Assembly (NCBI GenBank): GCA_963751455.1
Contig: CAVVUN010000008.1
Span: 160,001 to 224,000, forward strand
Source of the DNA: Nitrospirota bacterium
Lineage (GTDB): Bacteria > Nitrospirota > UBA9217
DNA length: 64,000 bases
Reading direction: 5' to 3'
How positions within the stretch are numbered: the stretch's first letter is position 1; each line of letters opens with the position of its first letter. Both the position numbers and the translations under genes were made by a program. Below, piece by piece: positions 39,090-51,190 of the stretch. The notes beneath the pieces were generated by a model. It was not told the origin of the DNA and did not search any database. It saw nothing but the letters and a program-made list of their open reading frames with translations.

Positions 39090-40541
39090 TTACCTTCCGT
39101 TTCCAACCTGCTGCTTGATTCTGGGATTTTGCGTCTCAATTCCCATTTTTTTTATTTTTTCCAGCAGAGTAGTTCGGTTCAGTCCGAGTAGTTGGGCCGC
39201 TTTGCTCCTTACCCCGTTGGTCCGCTCCAGCGCCTTCCGGATAAGGTTCCGCTCGATGCCGGCGACAATGGCATTGAGGTCTACACCCGCGGCGCCGATC
39301 TCGATATTGTGAGATACCGGACCGGAATTCTCCTGTCCCGTCTGGTCCTTCCCCGGCTCCGTCGTGTGCAGCTTTTCAGGCAAGTCCGATACCTGTATTA
39401 CGTTTCCTGATACCAGGATCGAGAGGCGCTCGATAAGGTTCTCAAGCTCTCGAACATTCCCCGGCCATCGGTACTGGTTGAGGCATCTCATCGCGTCCGG
39501 CGAAAAAATAAACGGCTCTCGTTTTCTCTTTCGTGCAAATTCCTCCACAAAGAAGGCCACCAGCAGGGAAATATCGTCAACGCGGCTTCGAAGAGGCGGA
39601 AGGTTCAGAGGAATAACATTCAATCGATAGAACAGATCTTCCCGGAAGGCCCCTTCCTTTGTAGCCTTATCGAGGTCCTTGTTGCTTGCGGCAAGAATAC
39701 GGACATCGACCTTGATCGTTTTCATTCCGCCGACCCGCTCGAATTCGCGTTCCTGAAGCACGCGGAGCAGTTTGACCTGGAGCAGCGGGTCAAGCTCTCC
39801 TACCTCGTCGAGGAAAAGGGTTCCTCCCTGTGCAAGCTCGAAGCGTCCGACACGCATATTGACTGCGCCGGTAAAAGCACCCTTTTCATGCCCGAACAGC
39901 TCCGATTCCAGCAGATCTCTCGGCACCGCGGCGCAGTTCAACGGCACAAACGGTCCGCCTGCCCGTGCGCTGTTATTGTAATGTATCGTTTTCGCGATAA
40001 GTTCCTTGCCTGTTCCACTCTCTCCCGTGATAAGCACTGTGCTGTCGGTGTCCGCTATCTTCTCTATGAATTCATACACTGCCTGCATCTGGGGCGAGTC
40101 GCCGATCAGACCCTTGAAATCGTACTTTTTCTTCAGCTGCATCTTGAGCATCACGTTCTCTTTTTTGAGCATAGAGACCGAAAGGGCTTTGTCGAGAACG
40201 ATCATGAGCTCATCGAGGTTAAAGGGCTTCGTCAGATAATCGAATGCCCCGATTCTCATTGCCTCAACAGCGGTTTGGACGGAACCGAAAGCAGTCATCA
40301 CAATCACGGGTATGTTCGTTTTGGCGTCTATTACCTCTTTCAACACGTCCATACCGGTAATACCCGGCATGACCAGGTCTGTAAGTATTAAGTCGTAGCT
40401 TCCTGCCCGGAGCATCTCCAACCCTTTTTCACCGCTCCGCGCAATCGTGACTTCAAAACGTTTTTGCTTCAGAAACGTACTTAGTACGTCCTGAACCGTT
40501 TCGTCGTCTTCTATGACAAGAACTCTCTTGGCTTCATGCAT
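39090..40541 (-). CDS. Sigma54-dependent response regulator (NtrC/AtoC/FleQ-like)
   Basis: REC; [22 protein letters not shown]; Fis HTH. Confidence 0.95.
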   Translation of the reverse strand: MHEAKRVLVIEDDETVQDVLSTFLKQKRFEVTIARSGEKGLEMLRAGSYDLILTDLVMPGITGMDVLKEVIDAKTNIPVIVMTAFGSVQTAVEAMRIGAFDYLTKPFNLDELMIVLDKALSVSMLKKENVMLKMQLKKKYDFKGLIGDSPQMQAVYEFIEKIADTDSTVLITGESGTGKELIAKTIHYNNSARAGGPFVPLNCAAVPRDLLESELFGHEKGAFTGAVNMRVGRFELAQGGTLFLDEVGELDPLLQVKLLRVLQEREFERVGGMKTIKVDVRILAASNKDLDKATKEGAFREDLFYRLNVIPLNLPPLRSRVDDISLLVAFFVEEFARKRKREPFIFSPDAMRCLNQYRWPGNVRELENLIERLSILVSGNVIQVSDLPEKLHTTEPGKDQTGQENSGPVSHNIEIGAAGVDLNAIVAGIERNLIRKALERTNGVRSKAAQLLGLNRTTLLEKIKKMGIETQNPRIKQQVGNGR

Positions 40542-40569
40542 GCCCTACCTTAACAGATAAATAGTACCC

Positions 40570-40710
40570 TGTCAACTGATTGACGCACCTATTAAATGCC
40601 GTTCTGCCGACGCTAAACCTTGCAAAATCAGTAATTAGTCATTGGTTTGACACCATGATGTAAAAGATTCTTCGTTTTTTCAAATGGTTCGTACGGGCAC
40701 AGTATTTGTA
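40570..40710 (+). promoter_or_regulatory. Candidate activator sites and sigma54 promoter for flhG-fliA
   Basis: TGTCAActgaTTGACG (~40570), GTCAttggtTTGACA (~40637); GGCACAGTATTTGT at 40696-40709 (GC to GT variant). Confidence 0.5.
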
Positions 40711-40777
40711 ATACTAACTACATAAGAGAAAGGCGATGTTTTTATAAGATTGGCATGAGAAAGGACCGGTTCGAAGG

Positions 40778-41632
40778 ATGAACAGGAGATATGTACGAAC
40801 GATTGCGGTAGCGAGCGGCAAAGGCGGCGTGGGTAAAACCAATTTTGCTGCCAACCTGGCTGTTGCGATGAGCAATCTGGGGAAAAAAGTGATGCTTATA
40901 GACGCGAATCTCGGATTAAGCAATATGGATATGCTTCTTGGTCTGGAGCCGGAATACACGATTCAGGATCTGGTAACGGGCACCATGAAGCTCCAGGACA
41001 TACTGGTCGAGAGCTCACACGGAATAAAAGTCCTTTCCGCCGGTTCCGGATTGCACGACCTTACCGCTCTTGATGAGTTTCAGCGACTGAAGATCCTGAC
41101 AGCTTTCGACTGCTATGGCGAGGCTATCGACCTTCTTCTGATAGACACCGCCTCCGGCATATCGGGAAATGTTGCGTTCTTCTGCAGTGCCGTTCAGGAA
41201 ATAATCATCGTGACGTCTCCGGAGCCGACATCGGTGAGCGACGCATACGCCCTGATTAATGTGCTCTTCACACGCTATCATGAGAAGGGATTTCTTATTC
41301 TCGTAAATTCTGCTAAAAACTCGGAAGAAGCCTTCAACGTCTTCCGACGGTTATCCGGCCAGGCTGAACGTTTCCTCAGCATTTCTCTGGATTATCTCGG
41401 CTTTCTTCCCTTCGACGAATCAGTCCCGGAAGCGGTCAGGGCGCAGCGGGTTTTCCTCGATCTCTTTCCGGAGCGGGCTGTATCAAAAAAAATGATGGAG
41501 ATCGCCCAGAAGTTCAGGGACCAGTCGGACAGGGTCAAGGGTTCTCTCCAGTTCTTCATAGGTAATCTTCTGTCGACTTCGACAGGCTTGTCTCCGTGGT
41601 GTGCGTCAGGCACAAGCCGGAAAGTCCCTTAA
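40778..41632 (+). CDS. FlhG/FleN MinD-like ATPase
   Basis: ASGKGGVGKT, DANLGL.N, IDT..GI, PEPTS..DAYA. Confidence 0.88.
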   Translation: MNRRYVRTIAVASGKGGVGKTNFAANLAVAMSNLGKKVMLIDANLGLSNMDMLLGLEPEYTIQDLVTGTMKLQDILVESSHGIKVLSAGSGLHDLTALDEFQRLKILTAFDCYGEAIDLLLIDTASGISGNVAFFCSAVQEIIIVTSPEPTSVSDAYALINVLFTRYHEKGFLILVNSAKNSEEAFNVFRRLSGQAERFLSISLDYLGFLPFDESVPEAVRAQRVFLDLFPERAVSKKMMEIAQKFRDQSDRVKGSLQFFIGNLLSTSTGLSPWCASGTSRKVP

Positions 41633-41666
41633 TCAACGCTGTATTTCCCTCAGCCTGGTTGCACTT

Positions 41667-42404
41667 ATGCAGATATCGATAGAAAAGACAGATGAGCAGA
41701 AAAAGGAGGCCATCATCAGCGACTCGCTGCCTTTTATCAGGCATACTGCATACCGGCTCGCCTACCGCTTGCCTCGGCAATTATCTGTAAACGATCTCAT
41801 CAGCGTCGGGATCGTGGGCCTTCTTGACGCTCTCCAGCGCTATACCGAGGGTCGCGTAAAACTGAATACGTTTGTCGAATACAGAATCCGGGGAGCCATG
41901 CTGGATGAGCTTCGTTCGCATGACTGGATGCCGCGGTCACTCAAGGACAAGGTCAGCCGGATCCGGAAAGCCGGAATAAAGCTGGAAAGGGACAGCGGTC
42001 GCATACCGGAGGCTGAAGAGGTGGCGAGAAGCGTGGACATGACGCTGGACGAATACTATCGGGCGCTTGAAAGGGCAAGCAGTGCAGTCGTGTTCAGCTT
42101 CGAGGATTTTCGGGATCCGTCCTCGGAAAGTTCGGTCAGTCACTTCGCTGAATCCATCCCGGACACCTCCATGAAAACGCCTTTGGAACTGCTCGAAGAA
42201 AACACTACCCGCGAAGCGCTTACTTTGTTGATCGACGGCCTTTCAGAAAGGGAAAAACTGGTCCTCTCGCTTTACTATTGGGAGGAGTTTACCTTAAAAG
42301 AAATAGGGCGGATATTGAAACTGAGCGAAGGACGCATCTGTCAGATCCATAATGAAGCGCTCTTGAAATTAAAGACCGGCATTGGTGCGTTCGGCCTTGC
42401 ATGA
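41667..42404 (+). CDS. fliA: FliA/WhiG (sigma28) family sigma factor
   Basis: DLIS.G..GLLDA, RIRGAMLDELRS.DW.PRS, LSLYY.EE.TLKEIG..L.LSEGR.CQIH. Confidence 0.88.
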   Translation: MQISIEKTDEQKKEAIISDSLPFIRHTAYRLAYRLPRQLSVNDLISVGIVGLLDALQRYTEGRVKLNTFVEYRIRGAMLDELRSHDWMPRSLKDKVSRIRKAGIKLERDSGRIPEAEEVARSVDMTLDEYYRALERASSAVVFSFEDFRDPSSESSVSHFAESIPDTSMKTPLELLEENTTREALTLLIDGLSEREKLVLSLYYWEEFTLKEIGRILKLSEGRICQIHNEALLKLKTGIGAFGLA

Positions 42405-42495
42405 CCTGTTGAGGTTTTCCGCTGGATCAGACAGATTTTTTGATTCTCTTTGCGCCCTTTGCGATCTTTGCTTGCACCCGGCAATACAGCGTCGC

Positions 42496-43440
42496 TTATA
42501 TATGCTTCGCGCGGTGAAGTTCCACGTAATGGGCGGCTGCGAGAGCTGCAATGCATCCATCAGCCGCCGCGACGATGATCTGGTTTGCGAATTTCTGGCG
42601 CAAATCGCCGGCCGCGAAGATGCCCGGAATCGACGTCTCGCATTTTTCATCCGTAATCACAAACCCCAGTTCATTTATCCGGATACCCGATGGAACCAGT
42701 GCATTTGTCGGATAATACCCGACGCGAATGAAAACCCCGTCGGTCTGCAGCGTTCCCGTTTGCCCGCTGTTCGTATTCTCAAAAGCAACTGAGCTTACCC
42801 TTCCGCTGTCGCCTCGTATCTCGGTAATGATTGTGTTCCAGATGACTTCAACAGTCGACTTAAAGAGCCGATCCCGGAACAGTCTCCCTGCGCGCAAGCT
42901 GTCTCCGCGATGAACGAGATAGACTTTCCCCGCTATTCTTGCCAGGTGGAGCGCCTCTTCAACCGCGCTCTCTCCACCTCCTACCACAACAACCGTCTTG
43001 TTTCGGAAAAAAAAGCCGTCGCAGGTGGCACAGTATGAAACTCCGCTGCCGAAATATTCAGCTTCGCCCGGTATGCCCAGCTTCCTGACGGTCGCGCCGG
43101 CTGCCAGAATCAAGGCGACGGTTCTGAATTGTTCTCCTCCGGCCAGCCTAATCGTGTGCAGATCGGCCCCTGCTTCTATCGCTGAAACTTCTTCCCGGAT
43201 AATATCGAGCCCGAAGGAGCTTACCTGATGGATGATTTTTTCAGCCAAATCGAACCCGGTTATGCTCTCGATACCGGGATAATTGTCCACTTCTTTTGAA
43301 ACGGCAATCTGCCCGCCGACCAACCCTTTCTCAAAGAGGACAGCCTTGAGCGCTGATCTTTTTGCGTAGAGTCCGGCAGTCAGGCCTGCAGGACCCCCTC
43401 CTACGATGATAACGTCGTATATGTCATTTACCGATGTCAT
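42496..43440 (-). CDS. trxB: Thioredoxin reductase
   Basis: GGGPAG, GVSYCATCDG, VVGGG.SA.EEA, GIFAAGD. Confidence 0.92.
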   Translation of the reverse strand: MTSVNDIYDVIIVGGGPAGLTAGLYAKRSALKAVLFEKGLVGGQIAVSKEVDNYPGIESITGFDLAEKIIHQVSSFGLDIIREEVSAIEAGADLHTIRLAGGEQFRTVALILAAGATVRKLGIPGEAEYFGSGVSYCATCDGFFFRNKTVVVVGGGESAVEEALHLARIAGKVYLVHRGDSLRAGRLFRDRLFKSTVEVIWNTIITEIRGDSGRVSSVAFENTNSGQTGTLQTDGVFIRVGYYPTNALVPSGIRINELGFVITDEKCETSIPGIFAAGDLRQKFANQIIVAAADGCIAALAAAHYVELHRAKHI

Positions 43441-43751
43441 GGTATTTCCCTGGGTATTCGGATTGAGCGTGTTCGCGCGCGTGTTCCAGGCTACACTCGT
43501 AAAGTATAGCATCACTCCTTTTTCGACAGATGGATCAGGCAGTGTTGTCTGCTATTGGGCATTTTACCAAATGCGTGGTCATTTAACCCCGTCTCACCCT
43601 TTTATAATGTCTACGCACGCAAACTTTCAGAAGTAACTCTATAATTTTGCTTAGATTTAAGTCATCCTGATTTCTTAAGCCTTTGGTATTAGGCTTGCAC
43701 CGTAAATCTGAATACAACGCACTGGCGCACGAGAGTAGTGTGGGGCCCGCC

Positions 43752-45377
43752 TTGAAAATAAGTATTAAATTCCTGATTATCATCGTCCTGCTTACCGTTG
43801 TCAGCGGAATAATCGCCGTATCGGGCATTATCTCATCCAGTAATTTATTGGAAGCTCAGATAAAAGATAAATTTACCGCGGTATCGGTATATACCATGAA
43901 TAAAATTCACAGGCTTTTTCTCGCCCGGTATCAGGATCTAGCGATGCTCGCTGATGAACCGGTCATTCGGTCACCACGCTCCTCCCCGGAGGAAATCAGA
44001 AATAAGCTAATTGAATATAAAAAGCATTTCAGCCCGTATGTTCGCTATGCAGCGTTATCGTTTTTCAACCTCAAGAGAATTCGGTTGGCCGATACGGAAA
44101 GCGGGCATATCGCGCAAGAGCACTCCTTTTCGGAATACTGGCCCGAGATCGCCAAGGGCAGGGAGTTTGTGCTCAACATATCGAAATCCGAATCGCTCGA
44201 GGATCGCGTGTTTCACTTCGTCCATAGCGTGAAAGATGACAACGGCACGCCATTCGGTGTCGTTGTAGCAAGGATACCGATCGAAAAATTAGAGTCGATT
44301 GTTGAAACGCCTTTGCGTCATTTCGACAGGGGTCACACGTTCAATGTAGATCTGATAGACAAAAACGGTCTTCTGCTGTATTCGACCTATAATAAAAACG
44401 GCATGCTCAGGGAGACTGTGGCGGAATGGAACACGCTGAAAAAATTGTTAGCACAGGGGGCCAAATCCGGCCACGTACAGGTAAAAGACCCGCAAAACAG
44501 TGATGAAAAAATCCTCATTTTTGCAAGAGAGGAAAGTGATTCGAATTTCATAGGGAACGAGTGGACACTGGTCATTTCGATAGCCAAGAGAGCGGCGATG
44601 TCGCCCATCACACAGCTGAGAAACCGGCTGATCCTGATTATCGCAGTAATCGGATTGTTCGCGCTCGGCGCGGCGCTTCTCCTGTCAAGGACCATCACTG
44701 AACCGCTTGTGAGATTGCGCAATGCCGTATCCGAAGTCGGGAAGGGAAGTCTGGACATTCATGTTAAAGCTGAATCCAGAGACGAGATCGGTCAATTAAC
44801 CGACCTGTTTAATACAATGGTGAAGAAACTGAAGGAAATGCATGAGGAACTGAAGAGGTCGGCGTCCATCGACACATTGACGGGCATCTGCAACAGAAAT
44901 ACAATCGAGCAGATTCTCGAAGTCGAGCTTGAACGGGCCAGGCGATATAACAGCCGTGTATCGCTGATTTTATTCGACTTGGACAACTTTAAAGCAATCA
45001 ATGATACTCACGGCCACCAGGCAGGCGATTACGTGCTACAGACAATGATCAACCTCATAAAAACGAAAATCAGGCAGATTGATTCTCTCGGCCGCTGGGG
45101 CGGAGAGGAGTTCATGCTGCTGGCGCCTCAAACCAATCTCGAAAAAGCGATCGATCTTGCGGAGAAGATCAGGCAATGCACGGAAGCGTTCCGCTTCGAG
45201 AAAGTCGGAACAGCCACGATAAGCTGCGGCGTTTCTGAATTCAGGGCCGAGGACAATGCGGATACTCTGATCAAGAGAGCGGACGATGCATTGTATAGGG
45301 CTAAACACAAGGGAAGAAATGTCGTTGAAGCGGGGGACAGTCGCGACGATAAACAGTTCCCGCTGTTCAAGCAGTAA
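43752..45377 (+). CDS. Membrane diguanylate cyclase (Cache-like, HAMP, GGDEF)
   Basis: Two TMs, DEIGQL HAMP, D.DNFK.IND, RQID I-site, GGEEF. Confidence 0.92.
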   Translation: MKISIKFLIIIVLLTVVSGIIAVSGIISSSNLLEAQIKDKFTAVSVYTMNKIHRLFLARYQDLAMLADEPVIRSPRSSPEEIRNKLIEYKKHFSPYVRYAALSFFNLKRIRLADTESGHIAQEHSFSEYWPEIAKGREFVLNISKSESLEDRVFHFVHSVKDDNGTPFGVVVARIPIEKLESIVETPLRHFDRGHTFNVDLIDKNGLLLYSTYNKNGMLRETVAEWNTLKKLLAQGAKSGHVQVKDPQNSDEKILIFAREESDSNFIGNEWTLVISIAKRAAMSPITQLRNRLILIIAVIGLFALGAALLLSRTITEPLVRLRNAVSEVGKGSLDIHVKAESRDEIGQLTDLFNTMVKKLKEMHEELKRSASIDTLTGICNRNTIEQILEVELERARRYNSRVSLILFDLDNFKAINDTHGHQAGDYVLQTMINLIKTKIRQIDSLGRWGGEEFMLLAPQTNLEKAIDLAEKIRQCTEAFRFEKVGTATISCGVSEFRAEDNADTLIKRADDALYRAKHKGRNVVEAGDSRDDKQFPLFKQ

Positions 45378-45679
45378 AATCATTTATCCTTGACTGTCCT
45401 CCATTCTGAATTTCATCTTTTTTAAATGACCGGATTAAAGTTTTTTTCTTTTCCGAAAATAATGGAAAATTCAGCTTTTTGCTCACTCCGGTCATGTAGG
45501 GTGACTATTGTGAGTGCTTCTCGAAGAAGTGACGCAAGCGTTGGTTGGACCTGCTATTACTTTCTCACTATTCTCTTACCTAATCCCGACAAGCCCTTTC
45601 GGCCATACTACAAAACTCTTCTTTTGTCGTGTTAACTAACAGCTTGTTTCTTATAAATAACCGTTAGGTTTATAATTTG

Positions 45680-45778
45680 ATTAGAACAATCCGATTGCAC
45701 CGGAGGGTCATCCTCGTACGGGACGGCGTTGAAGCGATCGAACATCTCTTCTACGACCACGGAGAGTTTCTAGTTTAA
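45680..45778 (+). pseudogene. Receiver-domain fragment
   Basis: RLHRRVILVRDGVEAIEHLF resembles the Rcp1-like receiver V..DG.EA motif. Confidence 0.5.
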
Positions 45779-45828
45779 GGTTTCAAATACAACAGTTTCA
45801 ATGAAAGAATTTCACGCGGAGGCGCGAA

Positions 45829-47367
45829 GTGAGTAGAGATAGAATGCAATGGAGTCGAATAAAGCTTGGATGGACACGATATTTTCTGCCCATAAGCACG
45901 GTTGCGCTGGGAGTGGTATTACGGTCCATATTAATTCCAAGCTTGCGGGAGACGCCCTACGCAGTGTTCTATCCGGCCGTAATAATCTCTGCGCTGTATG
46001 GCGGGTTTTTGCCGGGACTTGCAGCTTTGGTGCTTTCAGGAATAGCCGCTTCCGTCTGGTTCAGCCCTGGGGCATTGGTGCAATTTTTAATACCAGGCAC
46101 CACAGCCGGCATGCTGGTCTTTCTGTCGGGCGGCCTTATTATCGTGGCTATTTGTTCACAGCTTCGGAAGGCAAACGAGCGCATAGGCGCAGAGGCCCGA
46201 CGGCTGCGTGAAAGCGAACGGGCGCTGGCTGCCGAGATCACAGAACGCAAGCGCGCCGAGGAGGAGTTAAGGCGGCTCAGTTACCGGAACAAGTTGATCC
46301 TGGAATCGGCGGGTGAAGGCATCTGGGGAGTTGACACGCAGGGTATTGTCATCTTTATAAATGAGATTGGAGCTTCCAGCCTCGGCTATGACGTAAACGA
46401 CCTGGTCGGAAAACCAAGTCACGCGACGTGGCACCATAGCAGGCCGGACGGCACCCCCTACCCTTCGGACGAATGTCCTATCTATGCGGCATATCGAGAT
46501 GGGGTTAACCATACCGGCGAAGAAACGTTCTGGAGAGCAGACGGGACCGGTTTTCCCGTAGACTTTACGAGCAGACCAATTGTTGAGGAAGGCAGGATAA
46601 CAGGTGCGGTTGTCACGTTCAGGGACATTACCGGACGCAAGAGGGCTGAACAGGAGCGGGAGAGATTGATTGGGGAACTTCAGCGTTCCAACACGGAACT
46701 TGAGCAGTTCGCGTATGTAGCTTCCCATGACCTGCAGGAGCCGCTCCGCATGGTAGGCAGTTATACCACTTTGTTACAAAAGAGATATAAGGAACACCTG
46801 GATGAAAAGGCGCACGAGTATATTAATTTTGCTGTTGACGGCGCTGAGAGAATGCAAAAACTCATTGAGGGTCTTCTCGCCTATTCCCGTATAACCCGGA
46901 AGGGCGCTCATTTCAACCAGGTAGACCTTAATAAGGTTTTTTCGATGGCGGTTTCAAATCTCTCAGTGACGATCCAGGAAAACAATGCCGCGATCACGAA
47001 AGATCCGCTTCCGACAATACCAGGCGACGAGATTCAGCTCGTGCAGCTGTTCCAGAACCTGACCGGCAATGGCGTAAAGCATAGAAAGCCGGAGAGCGCT
47101 CCCCGTGTGCACATATCAACGAGGAGAGACGGACAAAAGTATGTATTTTCCGTAAAAGACAACGGGATTGGAATCGAGCCGGACTATTACGAAAGAATAT
47201 TTCAGATCTTTCAGCGCCTCCATACCCGTCATGAATATTCAGGAACGGGCATCGGGCTTGCGTTATGTAAACGCATTGTGGAACGGCACCACGGACAGAT
47301 CTGGGTCGAATCGGTTCCCGGCGAAGGCTCGACGTTCATGTTTACGGTTCCGATTGAAGGGAGATAA
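45829..47367 (+). CDS. Membrane PAS sensor histidine kinase
   Basis: TM region, PAS, FAYVASHDLQEPLR, DNGIGI, GTGIGLA. Confidence 0.93.
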   Translation: MSRDRMQWSRIKLGWTRYFLPISTVALGVVLRSILIPSLRETPYAVFYPAVIISALYGGFLPGLAALVLSGIAASVWFSPGALVQFLIPGTTAGMLVFLSGGLIIVAICSQLRKANERIGAEARRLRESERALAAEITERKRAEEELRRLSYRNKLILESAGEGIWGVDTQGIVIFINEIGASSLGYDVNDLVGKPSHATWHHSRPDGTPYPSDECPIYAAYRDGVNHTGEETFWRADGTGFPVDFTSRPIVEEGRITGAVVTFRDITGRKRAEQERERLIGELQRSNTELEQFAYVASHDLQEPLRMVGSYTTLLQKRYKEHLDEKAHEYINFAVDGAERMQKLIEGLLAYSRITRKGAHFNQVDLNKVFSMAVSNLSVTIQENNAAITKDPLPTIPGDEIQLVQLFQNLTGNGVKHRKPESAPRVHISTRRDGQKYVFSVKDNGIGIEPDYYERIFQIFQRLHTRHEYSGTGIGLALCKRIVERHHGQIWVESVPGEGSTFMFTVPIEGR

Positions 47368-47368
47368 A

Positions 47369-47831
47369 ATGGAAACTTGCAAAACAAAGCCGATAGAAAT
47401 CCTTCTGGTAGAAGACAATCCCGGACGATGTTGGACTGGTCCAGGAGGCCCTGATAGAAGGAAAAGTCTGTAACAATTTACATGTCGCTTATGATGGAGT
47501 CGAGGCGATGAAATTTCTGAGGGGGCAGGGCGATCATGCGAATGCCCCGTGCCCGGACCTTGTCCTGCTCGACTTGAATCTTCCCCGGAAGAACGGCAGG
47601 GAAGTGCTTCAGGAAGTCAAGTCGGATCCTTATTTGAAGAGCATTCCCGTGGTTGTTCTCACAAGCTCAACGGAAGACGAGGACATTTGCAGGTCTTATG
47701 CAGAGCATGCCAATTGCTATGTCAGCAAGCCGGTCGGCTTCGAATCATTCCTCAAGGTGGTAAGGTCCATTGAGGATTTCTGGTTTTCGGTTGTCAAGCT
47801 GCCCTGCAGGGCGCTTCCAGAGGCGAGGTAA
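47369..47831 (+). pseudogene. Rcp1-like response regulator with +1 frameshift at ~47424
   Basis: [19 protein letters not shown] / [31 protein letters not shown]; extra base in CCC GG[A]C GAT. Confidence 0.85.
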
Positions 47832-47833
47832 CA

Positions 47834-50800
47834 ATGAGTAACTCGATTCGGAATATACTGCTGATCGAGGACAATATTGCAGACGTTGAGCTTATCCGGG
47901 AGATGCTGAACGAAGTTGAGGGCAGCTATGCCCTTACAGAGGCAGGCCGTCTTTCCTCAGGTTTGAAGATTCTGAAAGAGGATGCATTTGATATTATTCT
48001 TCTTGACCTGGAACTGCCTGACAGCAGCGGGATCGATACATTCCTGACGATTCTGGACCAGGCGTCCGACGTGCCTGTAATTATTCTGACCGTGTTCGCT
48101 GATGAGAAGCTTGCAGCGGAAGCGATATCACAGGGTGGTCAGGACTACCTGATCAAAGGCCGGATCGACAGCATCCTGCTGGAAAGATCGATTCGCTATG
48201 CTATCGACCGCAAGAGGTCAGAGGCAAAGCTCAGACGAATGAGCCGCCGAACCGAACTCATCCTGGAGACCGCCGGAGAAGGAATCCTGGGTCTGGACAC
48301 TGAAGGCACGATCATATTCCTCAACAATGCCGCTGCCGCCATGCTCGGGTATACGACTGATGAGGTGATCGGGAAGAACTGTCTGATTATGTTTCATCAC
48401 TCAACTCTTGGCGGCATTCCCTATCCTGCTGAAAAATGTCCGGTCGATGCTGCATTCCGGCACGACTCCGACCAGTACGGTGAAGAGGTGTTTTGGAGAA
48501 AGGACGGATCCAGCTTTCCCGTTTATTTTACCAGCAGACCTCTTTACGAAGAAAATAAAAGAATAGGAGCGGTGGTCACATTTAGAGACATCTCCGAACG
48601 CAAGCGGGCTGAGGAGGCATTGCGCGAAAGTGAGGAGCGATTCCGCCAGATGGCGGATGCAATGCCGCAACTGGTCTGGACCGCCGACCACGACGGAAGA
48701 GTTGACTATTACAACAAGCGTGTAAATGAATTCGAAGGATTTGAGCTGAAGCCGGACGGCTCATGGCATTGGCAACCAGTGCTGCATCCCGATGATCTTG
48801 AACCGACGAACCGCGTTTGGCAGCACGCTCTCGAAACGGGCTCAATCTACGAGATAGAGCATCGCGTCCGCAAGCGTGACGGCGCCTATCACTGGTATCT
48901 GTCACGAGGAGAGCCGGTTCGGGACAATGCCGGCAGGATCATCAAATGGTACGGAACTGCAACCAATATCAACGCCTTCAAACTCGCACAAGAAGCTCTT
49001 CGGGAGAGCGAGGAACGGTTCAGGACGGCATTTGAAAATGCGGCCACCGGCAGGGTCCTGACCGGGACCGACGGACGCTTTATCAGAACCAACAAGTCTT
49101 TCTGCGAAATGCTGGGTTACTCTGAAGAGGAAATTGCTTCTCTGGATTTCGCTTCCCTCACCCATCCGGACGACCTCGAAATCAGCCGTGAAACAGTGCG
49201 CGCCCTGTTGACGGGAGAAAGAGAATTACAGCGGTTCGAAAAGCGGTATCTTCACAAAGACGGCCACACGGTATGGACGCTGGTCAGCACCTTTCTGTTC
49301 CGCGATCAGATGAATCAGCCGCTTTATTTTATTACGGATATTCTTGATATTACCGAGCGCAAGAAGGTTGAAGAGCAGCTGAAAAGAGCAAAAGAGCTGA
49401 GCGACGCACTCAACCGTATTAATACAGTCATCCATTCCACTCTCGATCTGGATGCCATCATGCAAAGAGTCGTTGTTGAAGCAGCTCAGGCGATACATGT
49501 CGAGGCTTCATCTATCGGGCTGTTTGAGGGCCCGGCTTTCGTAATGCGATATATGCACAATATGCCGCAGGACCTCATGGGTCAGCGACTTACCTCAGAT
49601 AGCGTCCGGGGAGTATACTGCGCTGCATTGGCAAAGGACGTGGTTGCCTCCAATGAGGTATCCCAGGATAACCGGGTCAATGTCTGGTTCTGGCGCAAAT
49701 ACGGCATCAAGTCGCTTATGATCGCTCCTCTGATTCTCCGTGAACAGGTCATAGGCGCTTTGACCTTCTATTCTATATCAAAGGCACTGGTATTTACAGA
49801 TATACATATTGACTTCGCCAGAAAGCTCACTACTTCGCTTTCTCTTGCACTCGAAAACAGCCGTCTGTTTAACGACCGAAAAAAAATGGAAGAGGAAATG
49901 AGGCAGATGGCTCACCATGATCCTCTGACGGGCCTGCCGAACAGGCGTCTCTTCATGGACATAATGAAAGTCGAGCTTAATCAAGCCAATCGACACAGAA
50001 AAAAAATGGCAATTCTCTTTCTGGACCTTGACCGTTTCAAGGAGGTTAACGATACCCTCGGTCATGAGGCAGGCGATCTTATCTTGAAGGAAGCTGCTTC
50101 ACGGCTTGGAACAGCTGTGAGAAAATCCGACACCATCGCGCGCATCGGAGGCGATGAATTCAATGTCATCCTGGCCGACATCGTTCGTCCGGAAGACATC
50201 GCGGATATCGCCCGAAAAATCGTTGAAGCTTTCAGAAAGCCTTACCGGATTATGGGACACGATCTGCATAGTACTACCAGCATCGGCATCAGCGTCTATC
50301 CTGATGACAGCGAAGAAACAGATACGCTCCTGAAATATGCCGATATTGCAATGTATAATGCAAAGGAGAATGGAAGAAACAAGTATCAGTTCTATAATGT
50401 TTCAATCAACTTCAGGTCTCTTGAACGAATGCGGCTGGAAAACATGCTGCACCGCAGCCTTGAATTGGGCGAAATGCAGGTTTTCTATCAGCCGCTCGTG
50501 AATATAAGAACGCAGCGTATCGTATGCGCTGAAACGCTTGCTCGCTGGCAACATCCTTACAAGGGGCTTCTTGAGGCGAAAGAATTTATTCCCGCAGCCG
50601 AAGAAACCGGTTTCATAAGCGCAATAGATGAGTGGACGTTAAAAAAGGCCTGCAGACAGGTCAGGGCATGGCGGAATTCGGGACTTTCATCGGTGTGTGT
50701 CACCGTAAATCTTTCAGCGCGGCAATTCCAGAATCCGCATCTGGTCGAGAGGGTCACCTCGATTCTGCATGAAACGGGCACGCCGCCGAGCTGTCTCGAT

Positions 50801-51190
50801 ATTGAAATTACGGAGAGTACGGCAATGAGCAACGTTGAGGACACCGCGGTGCGTCTTAAACAGCTGGCCGAAATGGGTATTCATATCTCCATAGACGATT
50901 TCGGCACAGGTTACTCGTCTCTGAGCCGTCTTAAGCGGCTTCCGATCAAGCGCCTTAAAATCGACCAGTCCTTTATCCGGGATATTTCCGGTGATCCTGA
51001 TGACAAAACGATCGTCCGAGCCGTAACAGCAATGGCGCATAATATGAATATTATTGTAGTCGCAGAAGGCGTGGAAACTGAGGAGCAGCTTGAATTCCTC
51101 CGAAAGACGGGATGCGATGAAATGCAGGGCTTTCTATTTAGCAAGCCGTTACCGGCGGAAAAATTCAGGGAGCTGATGAGTAAAAGATAA
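47834..51190 (+). CDS. REC-PAS(x3)-GAF-GGDEF-EAL c-di-GMP enzyme
   Basis: [15 protein letters not shown] motifs, GGDEF, ETL (EAL variant), [10 protein letters not shown]. Confidence 0.95.
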   Translation: MSNSIRNILLIEDNIADVELIREMLNEVEGSYALTEAGRLSSGLKILKEDAFDIILLDLELPDSSGIDTFLTILDQASDVPVIILTVFADEKLAAEAISQGGQDYLIKGRIDSILLERSIRYAIDRKRSEAKLRRMSRRTELILETAGEGILGLDTEGTIIFLNNAAAAMLGYTTDEVIGKNCLIMFHHSTLGGIPYPAEKCPVDAAFRHDSDQYGEEVFWRKDGSSFPVYFTSRPLYEENKRIGAVVTFRDISERKRAEEALRESEERFRQMADAMPQLVWTADHDGRVDYYNKRVNEFEGFELKPDGSWHWQPVLHPDDLEPTNRVWQHALETGSIYEIEHRVRKRDGAYHWYLSRGEPVRDNAGRIIKWYGTATNINAFKLAQEALRESEERFRTAFENAATGRVLTGTDGRFIRTNKSFCEMLGYSEEEIASLDFASLTHPDDLEISRETVRALLTGERELQRFEKRYLHKDGHTVWTLVSTFLFRDQMNQPLYFITDILDITERKKVEEQLKRAKELSDALNRINTVIHSTLDLDAIMQRVVVEAAQAIHVEASSIGLFEGPAFVMRYMHNMPQDLMGQRLTSDSVRGVYCAALAKDVVASNEVSQDNRVNVWFWRKYGIKSLMIAPLILREQVIGALTFYSISKALVFTDIHIDFARKLTTSLSLALENSRLFNDRKKMEEEMRQMAHHDPLTGLPNRRLFMDIMKVELNQANRHRKKMAILFLDLDRFKEVNDTLGHEAGDLILKEAASRLGTAVRKSDTIARIGGDEFNVILADIVRPEDIADIARKIVEAFRKPYRIMGHDLHSTTSIGISVYPDDSEETDTLLKYADIAMYNAKENGRNKYQFYNVSINFRSLERMRLENMLHRSLELGEMQVFYQPLVNIRTQRIVCAETLARWQHPYKGLLEAKEFIPAAEETGFISAIDEWTLKKACRQVRAWRNSGLSSVCVTVNLSARQFQNPHLVERVTSILHETGTPPSCLDIEITESTAMSNVEDTAVRLKQLAEMGIHISIDDFGTGYSSLSRLKRLPIKRLKIDQSFIRDISGDPDDKTIVRAVTAMAHNMNIIVVAEGVETEEQLEFLRKTGCDEMQGFLFSKPLPAEKFRELMSKR

